From assembly GCA_964658305.1 (NCBI GenBank), contig OZ210884.1, positions 2,542,001 to 2,606,000 on the forward strand: a DNA stretch of 64,000 nt. Reading direction: 5' to 3'. Each line of letters opens with the position of its first letter. The first letter of the stretch is position 1. This document shows, piece by piece, positions 45,101 to 56,600 of the stretch. The notes under the pieces are model-generated. The model was given only the letters and a program-made list of their open reading frames with translations. It searched no databases and was not told the DNA's origin. The position numbers and the translations under genes are program-made. This stretch comes from Leptogorgia sarmentosa. Its lineage: Eukaryota.

Positions 45101-48100
45101 ATTCCTCTTGGCATGGCGAATACGCATGGTAAATTTGGTGGCGACACCATTCAAAATGGAAGCCACAGAAGCAATCAAGTCCCTTCACCTGTTATGGTAT
45201 ATTTACTATTGCTATTGCTCCTGTTGAGATTCCTCTGAAACAACGGGCTACCCATTATCATGCCCTTGCTCGTATTTTTATCACAGGTTTTCGAAATTTT
45301 CACTGCACATTGCTCTTGGCATGGTGAATACGCATGGTAAATTTGGTGGCGACACCATTCAAAATGGAAGCCACAGAAGCAATCAAGTCCCTTGAGCTGG
45401 TATGGTATATTTGCTATTGCTATTGCTCCTGTTGAGATTCCTTTGAAACAACGGGCTACCCATCATCATGCCCTTCCTCGTATTTTTATCACAGGTTTAC
45501 GAAATTTTCGCTGCACATTGCTCTTGGCATGGTGAATACGCATGGTAAATTTGGTAGCGACACCATTCAAAATGGAAGCCACAGAAGCAATCAAGTCCCT
45601 TTACCTGGTATGGTATATTTGCTATCGCTATTGCTCCTGTTGAGATTCCTTTGAAACAACAGGCTACCCATCATCATGCCCTTGCTCGTATTTTTATCAC
45701 AGGTTTACGAAATTTTCGCTGCACATTCCTCTTGGCATGGTGAATATGCATGGTAAATTTGGTGGCGACACCATTCAAAATGGAAGCCACAGAAGCAATC
45801 AAGTCCCTTCACCTGTTATGGTATATTTACTATTGCTATTGCTCCTGTTGAGATTCCTTTGAAACAACGGGCTACCCATCATCATGCCCTTGCTCGTATT
45901 TTTATCACAGGTTTACGAAATTTTCGCTGCACATTGCTCTTGGCATGGTCAATACGCATGGTAAATTTGGTGGCGACACCATTTAAAATAGAAGCCACAG
46001 AAGCAATCAAGTCCCTTTACCTGGTATGGTATATTTGCTATCGCTATTGCTCCTGTTGAGATTCCTTTGAAACAACAGGCTACCCATCATCATGCCCTTG
46101 CTCGTATTTTTATCACAGGTTTACGAAATTTTCGCTGCACATTCCTCTTGGCATGGTGAATATGCATGGTAAATTTGGTGGCGACACCATTCAAAATGGA
46201 AGCCACAGAAGCAATCAAGTCCCTTCACCTGTTATGGTATATTTACTATTGCTATTGCTCCTGTTGAGATTCCTTTGAAACAACGGGCTACCCATCATCA
46301 TGCCCTTGCTCGTATTTTTATCACAGGTTTACGAAATTTTCGCTGCACATTGCTCTTGGCATGGTGAATACGCATGGTAAATTTGGTGGCGACACCATTT
46401 AAAATAGAAGCCACAGAAGCAATCAAGTCCCTTCACCTGGTATGGTATATTTGCTATTGCTATTGCTCCTGTTGAGATTCCTTTGAAACAACGGGCTACG
46501 CATCATCATGCCCTTGCTCGTATTTTTATCACAGGTTTACGAAATTTTCGCTGCACATTCCTCTTCGCATGATGAATACGCATGGTAAATTTGGTGGCGA
46601 CACCGTTCAAAATGGAAGCCACAGAAGCAATCAAGTCCCTTCACCTGGTATGGTATATTTGCTATTGCTATTGCTCCTGTTGAGATTCCTCTGAAACAAC
46701 GGGCTACCCATTATCATGCCCTTTCTCGTATTTTTATCACAGGTTTTCGAAATTTTCACTGCACATTGCTCTTCGCATGGTGAATACGCATGGTAAATTT
46801 GGTGGCGACACCATTCAAAATGGAAGCCACAGAAGCAATCAAGTCCCTTCAGCTGGTATGGTATATTTGCTATTGCTATTGCTCCTGTTGAGATTCCTTT
46901 GAAACAACGGGCTACCCATCATCATGCCCTTGCTCGTATTTTTATCACAGGTTTACGAAATTTTCGCTGCACATTCCTCTTGGCATGGTGAATACGCATG
47001 GTAAATTTGGTAGCGACACCATTCAAAATGGAAGCCACAGAAGCAATCAAGTTCCTTTACCTGGTATGGTATATTTGCTATCGCTATTGCTCCTGTTGAG
47101 ATTCCTTTGAAACAACGGGCTACCCATCATCATGCCCTTGCTCGTATTTTTATCACAGGTTTACGAAATTTTCGCTGCACATTCCTCTTGGCATGGTGAA
47201 TACGCATGGTAAATTTGGTGGCGACACCATTCAAAATGGAAGCCACAGAAGCAATCAAGTCCCTTCACCTGTTATGGTATATTTACTATTGCTATTGCTC
47301 CTGTTGAGATTCCTTTGAAACAACGGGCTACCCATCATCATGCCCTTGCTCGTATTTTTATCACAGGTTTACGAAATTTTCGCTGCACATTGCTCTTGGC
47401 ATGGTAAATTTGGTGGCGACACCATTTAAAATAGAAGCCACAGAAGCAATCAAGTCCCTTCACCTGGTATGGTATATTTGCTATTGCTATTGCTCCTGTT
47501 GAGATTCCTTTGAAACAACGGGCTACCCATCATCATGCCCTTGCTCGTATTTTTATCGCAGGTTTACGACATTTTCGCTGCGCATTGCTCGTGGCATGGT
47601 GAATACGCATGGTAAATTTGGTGGCGACACCATTCAAAATGGAAGCCACAGAAGCAATCAAGTCCCTTCACCTGGAATGGTATATTTGCTATTGCTATTG
47701 CTCCTGTTGAGATTCCTTTGAAACAACGGGCCACCCATCATCATGCCCTTGCTCGTATTTTTATCACAGGTTTACGAAATTTTCGCTGCACATTCCTCTT
47801 GGCATGGTGAATATGCATGGTAAATTTGGTGGCGACACTATTCAAAATGGAAGCCACAGAAGCAATCAAGTCCCTTCACCTGTTATGGTATATTTACTAT
47901 TGCTATTGCTCCTGTTGAGATTCCTTTGAAACAACGGGCTACCCATCATCATGCCCTTGCTCGTATTTTTATCACAGGTTTACGAAATTTTCGCTGCACA
48001 TTCCTCTTGGCATGGTGAATACGCATGGTAAATTTGGTGGCGACACCATTCAAAATGGAAGCCACAGAAGCAATCAAGTCCCTTCACCTGTTATGGTATA

Positions 48101-51100
48101 TTTACTATTGCTATTGCTCCTGTTGAGATTCCTTTGAAACAACGGGCTACCCATCATCATGCCCTTGCTCGTATTTTTATCACAGGTTTACGAAATTTTC
48201 GCTGCACATTCCTCTTGGCATGGTGAATACGCATGGTAAATTTGGTGGCGACACCATTCAAAATGGAAGCCACAGAAGCAATCAAGTCCCTTCACCTGTT
48301 ATGGTATATTTACTATTGCTATTGCTCCTATTGAGATTCCTTTGAAACAACGGGCTACCCATCATCATGCCCTTGCTCGTATTTTTATCACAGGTTTACG
48401 AAATTTTCGCTGCACATTGCTCTTGGCATGGTAAATTTGGTGGCGACACCATTTAAAATAGAAGCCACAGAAGCAATCAAGTCCCTTCACCTGGTATGGT
48501 ATATTTGCTATTGCTATTGCTCCTGTTGAGATTCCTTTGAAACAACGGGCTACCCATCATCATGCCCTTGCTCGTATTTTTATCGCAGGTTTACGACATT
48601 TTCGCTGCGCATTGCTCGTGGCATGGTGAATACGCATGGTAAATTTGGTGGCGACACCATTCAAAATGGAAGCCACAGAAGCAATCAAGTCCCTTCACCT
48701 GGTATGGTATATTTGCTATTGCTATTGCTCCTGTTGAGATTCCTCTGAAACAACGGGCTACCCATTATCATGCCCTTGCTCGTATTTTTATCACAGGTTT
48801 TCGAAATTTTCACTGCACATTGCTCTTGGCATGGTGAATACGCATGGTAAATTTGGTGGCGACACCATTCAAAATGGAAGCCACAGAAGCAATCAAGTCC
48901 CTTCAGCTGGTATGGTATATTTGCTATTGCTATTGCTCCTGTTGAGATTCCTTTGAAACAACGGGCTACCCATCATCATGCCCTTGCTCGTATTTTTATC
49001 ACAGGTTTACGAAATTTTTGCTGCACATTGCTCTTGGCATGGTGAATACGCATGGTAAATTTGGTGGCGACACCATTCAAAATGGAAGCCACAGAAGCTA
49101 TCAAGTCCCTTCCCCTGGTATGGTATATTTGCTATTGCTATTGCTCCTGTTGAGATTCCTTTGAAACAACGGGCTACCCATCATCATGCCCTTGCTCGTA
49201 TTTTTATCACAGGTTGAGGAAATTTTCGCTGCACATTGCTCTTGGCATGGTGAATACGCATGGTAAATTTGGTGGCGACACCATTCAAAATAGAAGCCAC
49301 AAAAGCAATCAAGTCCCTTCACCTGGTATGGTATATTTGCTATTGCTATTGCTCCTGTTGAGATTCCTTTGAAACAACGGGCTACCCATCATCATGCCCT
49401 TGCTCGTATTTTTATCACAGGTTTACGAAATTTTCGTTGCACATTGCTCTTGGCATGGTGAATACGCATGGTAAATTTGGTGCCGACACCATTCAAAATG
49501 GAAGCCACAGAAGCAATCAAGTCCCTTCACCTGGTATGGTATATTTGCCATTGCTATTGCTCCTGTTGAGATTCCTTTGAAACAACGGGCTACCCATCAT
49601 CATGCCCTTGCTCGTATTTTTATCACAGGTTTACGAAATTTTCGCTGCACATTGCTCTTGGCATGGTGAATACGCATGGTAAATTTGGTGGCGACACCAT
49701 TCAAAATGGAAGCCACAGAAGCAATCAAGTCTCTTCACCTGGTATGGTGTATTTGCTATTGCTATTGCTCCTGTTGAGATTCCTTTGAAACAACGGGCTA
49801 CCCATCATCATGCCCTTGCTCGTATTTTTATCACAGTTTTACGAAATTTTCGCTGCACATTGCTCTTGGCATGGTGAATACGCATGGTAAATTTGGTAGC
49901 GACACCATTCAAAATGGAAGCCACAGAAGCAATCAAGTCCCTTCACCTGGTATGGTATATTTGCTATTGCTATTGCTCCTGTTGAGATTCCTTTGAAACA
50001 ACGGGCTACCCATCGTCATGCCCTTGCTCGTATTTTTATCACAGGTTTACGAAATTTTGGCTGCGCATTGCTCTTGGCATGGTGAATACGCATGGTAAAT
50101 TTGGCGGCGACACCATTAAAATGGAAGCCACAGAAGCAATCAAGTCCCTTCACCTGGAATGGTATATTTGCTATTGCTATTGCTCCTGTTGAGATTCCTT
50201 TGAAACAACGGGCTACCCGTCATCATGCCCTTGCTCGTATTTTTATCACAGGTTTACGAAATTTTTGCTGCACATTGCTCTTGGCATGGTGAATACGCAT
50301 GGTAAATTTGGTGGCGACACCATTCAAAATGGAAGCCACAGAAGCAATCAAGTCCCTTCCCCTGGTATGGTATATTTGCTATTGCTATTGCTCCTGTTGA
50401 GATTCCTTTGAAACAACGGGCTACCCATCATCATGCCCTTGCTCGTATTTTTATCACAGGTTTACGAAATTTTCGCTGCACATTGCTCTTGGCATGGTGA
50501 ATACGCATGGTAAATTTGGTGGCGACACCATTCAAAATAGAAGCCACAGAAGCAATCAAGTCCCTTCACCTGGTATGGTATATTTGCTATTGCTATTGCT
50601 CCTGTTGAGATTCCTTTGAAACAACGGGCTACCCATCATCATGCCCTTGCTCGTATTTTTATCACAGGTTTAGGAAATTTTCGCTGCACATTGCTCTTGG
50701 CATGGTGAATACGCATGGCAAATTTGGTGGCGACACCATTCAAAATGGAAGCCACAGAAGCAATCAAGTCCCTTCACCTTTTATGGTATATTTGCTATTG
50801 CTATTGCTCCTGTTGAGATTCCTTTGAAACAACGGGCTACCCATCATCATGGCCTTGCTCGTATTTTTATCACAGGTTTACGAAATTTTCGCTGCACATT
50901 GCTCTTGGCATGGTGAATACGCATGGTAAATTTGGTGCCGACACCATTCAAAATAGAAGCCACAGAAGCAATCAAGTCCCTTCACCTGGTATGGTATATT
51001 TGCTATTGCTATTGCTCCTGTTGAGATTCCTTTGAAACAACGGGCTACCCATCATCATGCCCTTGCTCGTATTTTTATCACAGGTTTACGAAATTTTCGC

Positions 51101-53184
51101 TGCACATTGCTCTTGGCATGGTGAATACGCATGGTAAATTTGGTGGCGACACCATTCAAAATAGAAGCCACAGAAGCAATCAAGTCCCTTCACCTGGTAT
51201 GGTATATTTGCTATTGCTATTGCTCCTGTTGAGATTCCTTTGAAACAACGGGCTACCCATCATCATGCCCTTGCTCGTATTTTTATCACAGGTTTACGAC
51301 ATTTTCGCTGCACATTGCTCTTGGCATGGTGAATACGCATGGTAAATTTGGTGGCGACACCATTCAAAATAGAAGCCACAGAAGCAATCAAGTCCCTTCA
51401 CCTGGTATGGTATATTTGCTATTGCTATTGCTCCTGTTGAGATTCCTTTGAAACAACGGGCTACCCATCATCATGCCCTTGCTCGTATTTTTATCACAGG
51501 TTTACGACATTTTCGCTGCACATTGCTCTTGGCATGGTGAACACGCATGGTAAATTTGGTGCCGACACCATTCAAAATGGAAGCCACAGAAGCAATCAAG
51601 TCCCTTCACCTGGTATGGTATATTTGCTATTGCTATTGCTCCTGTTGAGATTCCTTTGAAACAACGGGCTACCCATCATCATGCCCTTGCTCTTATTTTT
51701 ATCACAGTTTTACGAAATTTTCGCTGCACATTGCTCTTGGCATGGTGAATACGCATGGTAAATTTGGTGGTGACACCATTAAAAATGGAAGCCACAGAAG
51801 CAATCAAGTCCCTTCACCTGGTATGGTATATTTGCTATTGCTATTGCTCCTGTTGAGATTCCTTTGAAACAAAGGCCTACCCATCATCAAGCCCTTGCTC
51901 GTATTTTTATCACAGTTTTACGAAATTTTCGCTGCACATTGCTCTTGGCATGGTGAATACGCATGGTAAATTTGGTGGCGACACCATTCAAAATGGCAGC
52001 CACAGAAGCAATCAAGTCCCTTCACCTGGTATGGTATATTTGCTATTGCTATTGCTCCTGTTGAGATTCCTTTGAAACAACGGGCTACCCATCATCATGC
52101 CCTTGCTCGTATTTTTATCACAGGTTTAGGAAATTTTCGCTGCACATTGCTCTTGGCATGGTGAATACGCATGGCAAATTTGGTAGCGACACCATTCAAA
52201 ATGGAAGCCACAGAAGCAATCAAGTCCCTTCACCTTTTATGGTATATTTGCTATTGCTATTGCTCCTGTTGAGATTCCTTTGAAACAACGGGCTACCCAT
52301 CATCATGCCCTTGCTCGTATATTTATCACAGGTTTACGAAATTTTCGCTGCACATTGCTCTTGGCATGGTGAATACGCATGGTAAATTTGGTGGCGACAC
52401 CATTCAAAATAGAAGCCACAGAAGCAATCAAGTCCCTTCACCTGGTATGGTATATTTGCTATTGCTATTGCTCCTGTTGAGATTCCTTTGAAACAACGGG
52501 CTACCCATCATCATGCCCTTGCTCGTATTTTTATCACAGGTTTACGAAATTTTCGCTGCACATTGCTCTTGGCATGGTGAATACGCATGGTAAATTTGGT
52601 GGCGACACCATTCAAAATAGAAGCCACAGAAGCAATCAAGTCCCTTCACCTGGTATGGTATATTTGCTATTGCTATTGCTCCTGTTGAGATTCCTTTGAA
52701 ACAACGGGCTACCCATCATCATGCCCTTGCTCGTATTTTTATCACAGGTTTACGACATTTTCGCTGCACATTGCTCTTGGCATGGTGAATACGCATGGTA
52801 AATTTGGTGGTGACACCATTCAAAATAGAAGCCACAGAAGCTATCAAGTCCCTTCACCTGGTATGGTATATTTGCCATTGCTATTGCTCCTGTTGAGATT
52901 CCTTTGAAACAACGGGCTACCCATCATCATGCCCTTGCTCGTATTTTTATCACAGGTTTACGACATTTTCGCTGCACATTGCTCTTGGCATGGTGAATAC
53001 GCATGGTAAATTTGGTGCCGACACCATTCAAAATGGAAGCCACAGAAGCAATCAAGTCCCTTCACCTGGTATGGTATATTTGCTATTGCTATTGCTCCTG
53101 TTGAGATTCCTTTGAAACAACGGGCTACCCATCATCATGCCCTTGCTCTTATTTTTATCACAGTTTTACGAAATTTTCGCTGCA

Positions 53185-54963
53185 CATTTTTCACTTACTC
53201 TGAATTACTCTGAAACACTCTGAAGAACTCTGAACTACGAGCCAAAAATGGCCTAGCGATTTTTCACCTCCTCTGAATTAGTCTGAAACACTCTGAAAAA
53301 CTCTGAACTGCGAGCCAAAAACGGCCTAGCGATTTTTCACCTCCTCTGAATTTGTCTGAAACACTCTGAAGAACTCTGAACTACGAGCCAAAAACGGCCT
53401 AGCGATTTTTCACGTACCCTGAATTACTCTGAAACACTCTGAAGAACTCTGTACTACGAGCCAAAAACGGCCTAGTGATTTTTCACCTCCTCTGAATTAG
53501 TCTGAAACACTCTGAAGAACTCTGAACTACGAGCCAAAAACGGCCTAGCGATTTTTCACCTCCTCTGAATTAGTCTGAAACACTCTGAAGAACTCTGAAC
53601 TACGAGTCAAAAACGGCCTAGCGATTTTTCACGTACTCTGAATTACTCTGAAACACTCTGAAGAACTCTGAACTACTAGCCAAAAACGGCCTAGCGATTT
53701 TTCTCCTTCTCTGAATTACTCTGAAACACTCTGAAGAACTCTGAACTACGAGCCAAAAACGGCCTAGCGATTTTTCACCTCCTCTGAATTAGTCTGAAAC
53801 ACTCTGAAAAACTCTGAACTGCGAGCCAAAAACGGCCTAGCGATTTTTCACCTCGTCTGAATTTGTCTGAAACACTCTGAAGAACTCTGAACTACGAGCG
53901 AAAAAGGGCCTAGCGATTTTTCACTCACTCTCTATTACTCTGAAACACTCTGAAGAACTCTGTACCACGAGCCAAATACGGCCTAGCGGTTTTTCACGTA
54001 CTCTGAAACACTCTGAAGAAATCTGAACTACTTGCCAAAAATGGCCTAGCCATTTTTCACTTACTCTGAATTACTCTGAAACACTCTGAAGAACTCTGAA
54101 CTACGAGCCAAAAATGGCCTAGCGATTTTTCACCTCCTCTGAATTAGTCTGAAACACTCTGAAAAACTCTGAACTGCGAGCCAAAAACGGCCTAGCGATT
54201 TTTCACCTCCTCTGAATTTGTCTGAAACACCCTGAAGAACTCTGAACTACGAGCCAAAAACGGCCTAGCGATTTTTCACGTACCCTGAATTACTCTGAAA
54301 CACTCTGAAGAACTCTCAACTACTAGCCAAAAACGGCCTAGCGATTTTTCACTTACTCTCAATTATTATAAACACTCTGAAGAACTCTGAACTACGAGCC
54401 AAAAACGGCCTAGCGATTTTTCACCTCCTCTGAATTTGTCTGAAACAGTCTGAAGAACTCTGAACTACGAGCGAAAAACGGCCTAGCGATTTTTCTCCCC
54501 CTCTGAATTACTCTGAAACACTCTGAAGAACTCTGAACTACGAGCCAAAAACGGCCTAGCGATTTTTCACTTACTCTCAATCACCTGAAACACTCTGAAG
54601 AACTCTGTACCACGAGCCAAATACGGCCTAGCGGTTTTTCACGAACTCTGAAACACTCTGAAGAACTCTGAACTACTTGCCAAAAATGGCCTAGCGATTT
54701 TTCACTTACTCTGAATTACTCTGAAACACTCTGAAGAACTCTGAACTTCGAACCATAAATGGCCTAGCGATTTTTCACCTACTCTGAATTACTCTGCAAC
54801 ACTCTGAAGAACTCTGAACTACGAGCCAAAAACGGCCTAGCGATTTTTCACCTCCTCTGAATTACTCTGAAACACTCTGAAGAACTCTGAACTACGAGCC
54901 AAAAACGGCCTAACGATTTTGCACTTACTCTCAATTACCTGAAACACTCTGAAGAACTATGTA
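53185..54963 (+). repeat. 73-bp satellite, left arm (about 24 copies; orientation defined as GATTTTTCAC...CTCTGAA...GGCCTAGC)
   Basis: GATTTTTCAC at 53258 and 53331 gives a 73-bp unit with four internal 10-bp CTCTGAA(nnn) subrepeats. 63-bp variants lack one subrepeat. 53185 onward repeats at 54051 (866 bp = 11x73+63). Confidence 0.98.
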
Positions 54964-55125
54964 TGTGACGTTCGTTGATATTATGTTATACTTAAATGAA
55001 GTCGATCGCCTAGCGGTAGATAACTTCCGGCTCAAAGACGTAGCGAACACGTTGTTTTTCAAAAGGATAGAAACAGTCGAATTATTATTGTAGTAAAAGT
55101 ACTTTATATATCGTCAAAATCAGAA

Positions 55126-55217
55126 GTAAGTTTAGTAATATGTATTTGCAGTTTGTATCAGTAGTATGTATATTAGTTATAGCCTTTATTTACACGTTTT
55201 CCTTGTATTATTCTTAG
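55126..55217 (+). other. Putative 92-nt spliceosomal intron inside the LTR (alternative acceptor at 55242 gives 117 nt)
   Basis: Donor GAA|GTAAGT at 55126; AT-rich interior; pyrimidine-rich acceptor TTTTCCTTGTATTATTCTTAG| ending 55217; duplicated acceptor TATTATTTTTAG| ending 55242. Confidence 0.68.
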
Positions 55218-55252
55218 TTTTTACCGCTTGTATTATTTTTAGTTTTTGCTAA

Positions 55253-55258
55253 AATAAA
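55253..55258 (+). promoter_or_regulatory. Polyadenylation signal AATAAA in the LTR
   Basis: AATAAA about 90 bp before the LTR end, the usual position near the R/U5 boundary. Confidence 0.6.
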
Positions 55259-55344
55259 TTGGAGTGTGTTTGCACAACGCAGTGGTTAAATTCAAGCGAA
55301 CTTGACGCAGCAGCAACCTCTCGTGGTGTGTCGAGAACGCAACA

Positions 55345-55360
55345 GTAAAAATTCTGATTT
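55345..55360 (+). promoter_or_regulatory. Non-canonical primer-binding site GTAAAAATTCTGATTT (candidate self-priming site)
   Basis: Directly follows the LTR-terminal CA and lacks the TGG needed to pair with a tRNA CCA end. It is the exact reverse complement of 55117-55125 joined to 55218-55224. Confidence 0.65.
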
Positions 55361-56600
55361 CGCAGAATAAAGAAATCAAAGGTAAGCGAAAGTTTCGTAT
55401 TACACGAGTATGAGTATCAAAGGCGACAAGGACTCGTTTGAACCAAGTCAAACTATGGAGAATCAAAAGAGGATAATTACTCGGTCGAGTAAAGTCTTTC
55501 AAAACACTGTCAATGACAAAGTTGAGTTAGCTATATGCACCCGGAGCAATTTCATTACACTTATGAAGAAAGTCGAGGAATGTAACAACAACACTACTGA
55601 GAAACACATGGAGGAACTCATAAAAGTTACTAAGGAGTATGAACTCATAACTAATGAGCTTAAATGCCTGCTAGACCAGGACAAATATGGAGATTTCAGG
55701 GAGGAAGCTGATTGGCAAAAAAAGGAACAGACTATTAGCAAAGCACATAGCTTGATTAAGAATACCAAGACTGTGCAATCTGATAGACGCTCGCAGGCCC
55801 CCTCCTGGCGTTCAAGATCACACTCGCACCGCAGTCGTCGATCCTCTTCTTCAACGAGTAGCTATACTAGATTAAACGCTCTAGCAGAAGCCGCCGCAGC
55901 CAGAGAAAGCGCGGAGTACGAACGGGTGATGGCAGCAAAGGAGCATGATTGCCGTCAGCGAGAATTAGATCACGCAAAAGAAATGGCAGTATTGATCGCA
56001 GATAAAAAGGTAGCCATTGCCAATGCAAAACTGAAAGCCATCGAGGAGGCTTTGCAAGATCAGGAGCTAGGAGAGAGAGCCAGTCTTCCCGAAGTCCCAG
56101 AGGTAAGAGCCGAAGAAAGAACAGATGATTGGGTAAACTCGGTTGCTTCACAAGAAATTGTTGGTGAAAATCCCCACGTTTCCCCCCTTCCTACCACAAA
56201 TCTTGGGAATCCTATTTCAAACACAACTCCCTTTGAAAATCCCCACGTATCCCTAGGTCCCACTACAAACCTCAACGGCCCACCCCCATCAACAAGTTTT
56301 AGCTACAACCCCCATGTTTTCGATGGTCCATCTACAAATAGAGTTCCAGTGATAAGTGTAGGCAACAGCCCACTTCACATGACCAACCAAGTTCCTATCT
56401 CCCAAGCCTACCACAAGACTGCATCAGTAAACCTTAACAGTACAGTCCCACTATGGAGTGTGAACGGTCGCCCACATCAAATACCTAATGCGCAACACCC
56501 CACTCAATTCAGCCAAGTTGGAGATGCGACCGGAAGTCAACTTATAGAGTCGCTGACATCAGCCAATCAACAAGTGGTCGCTGGTTTAGCAAGGCAAAAC

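Larger units (their letters stand above)
1..53188. repeat. Tandem satellite DNA, 208-bp monomer (202-bp variant lacks one TTGCTA), about 255-260 copies, all head-to-tail; begins before the window start
   Basis: AGATTCCTTTGAAACAACGGG recurs at 1 and 203 (202 bp apart). Marker offsets such as 1456 = 7x208 confirm the long unit. Monomers differ from consensus by only a few substitutions. The array ends abruptly at ...TTTTCGCTGCACATT (53188). Confidence 0.99.
54964..55344 (+). repeat. 5' long terminal repeat, 381 bp
   Basis: Starts TGTGACGTTC exactly where satellite similarity stops and ends GAACGCAACA. The reverse complement of the end (TGTTGCGTTC) matches the start at 8/10 positions. Contains AATAAA. 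No second LTR is present to confirm the boundaries. Confidence 0.82.

Noticed and set aside
1851..50292. Dozens of 63-89 aa ORFs (MKQRATHHH..., MPLLVFLS..., MKGLDCFC...)
   Set aside because: They are chance read-throughs of satellite monomers where a point variant removes a stop. The unit lengths 208 and 202 are not multiples of 3 and many starts are TTG or GTG. They are useful only as duplication markers.
1..53188. CRISPR array or multicopy RNA gene cluster (5S, tRNA, SL RNA)
   Set aside because: There are no unique spacers because the whole unit repeats, and I see no recognisable tRNA cloverleaf or 5S/snRNA sequence. A covariance-model search would be needed to exclude this fully.
55103..55110. 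TTTATATA as the LTR TATA box
   Set aside because: Plausible but unsupported in an AT-rich LTR, so not annotated. If real it would place the TSS inside the putative intron, which would count against the 5'-end version of the self-priming model; TSS mapping is needed.
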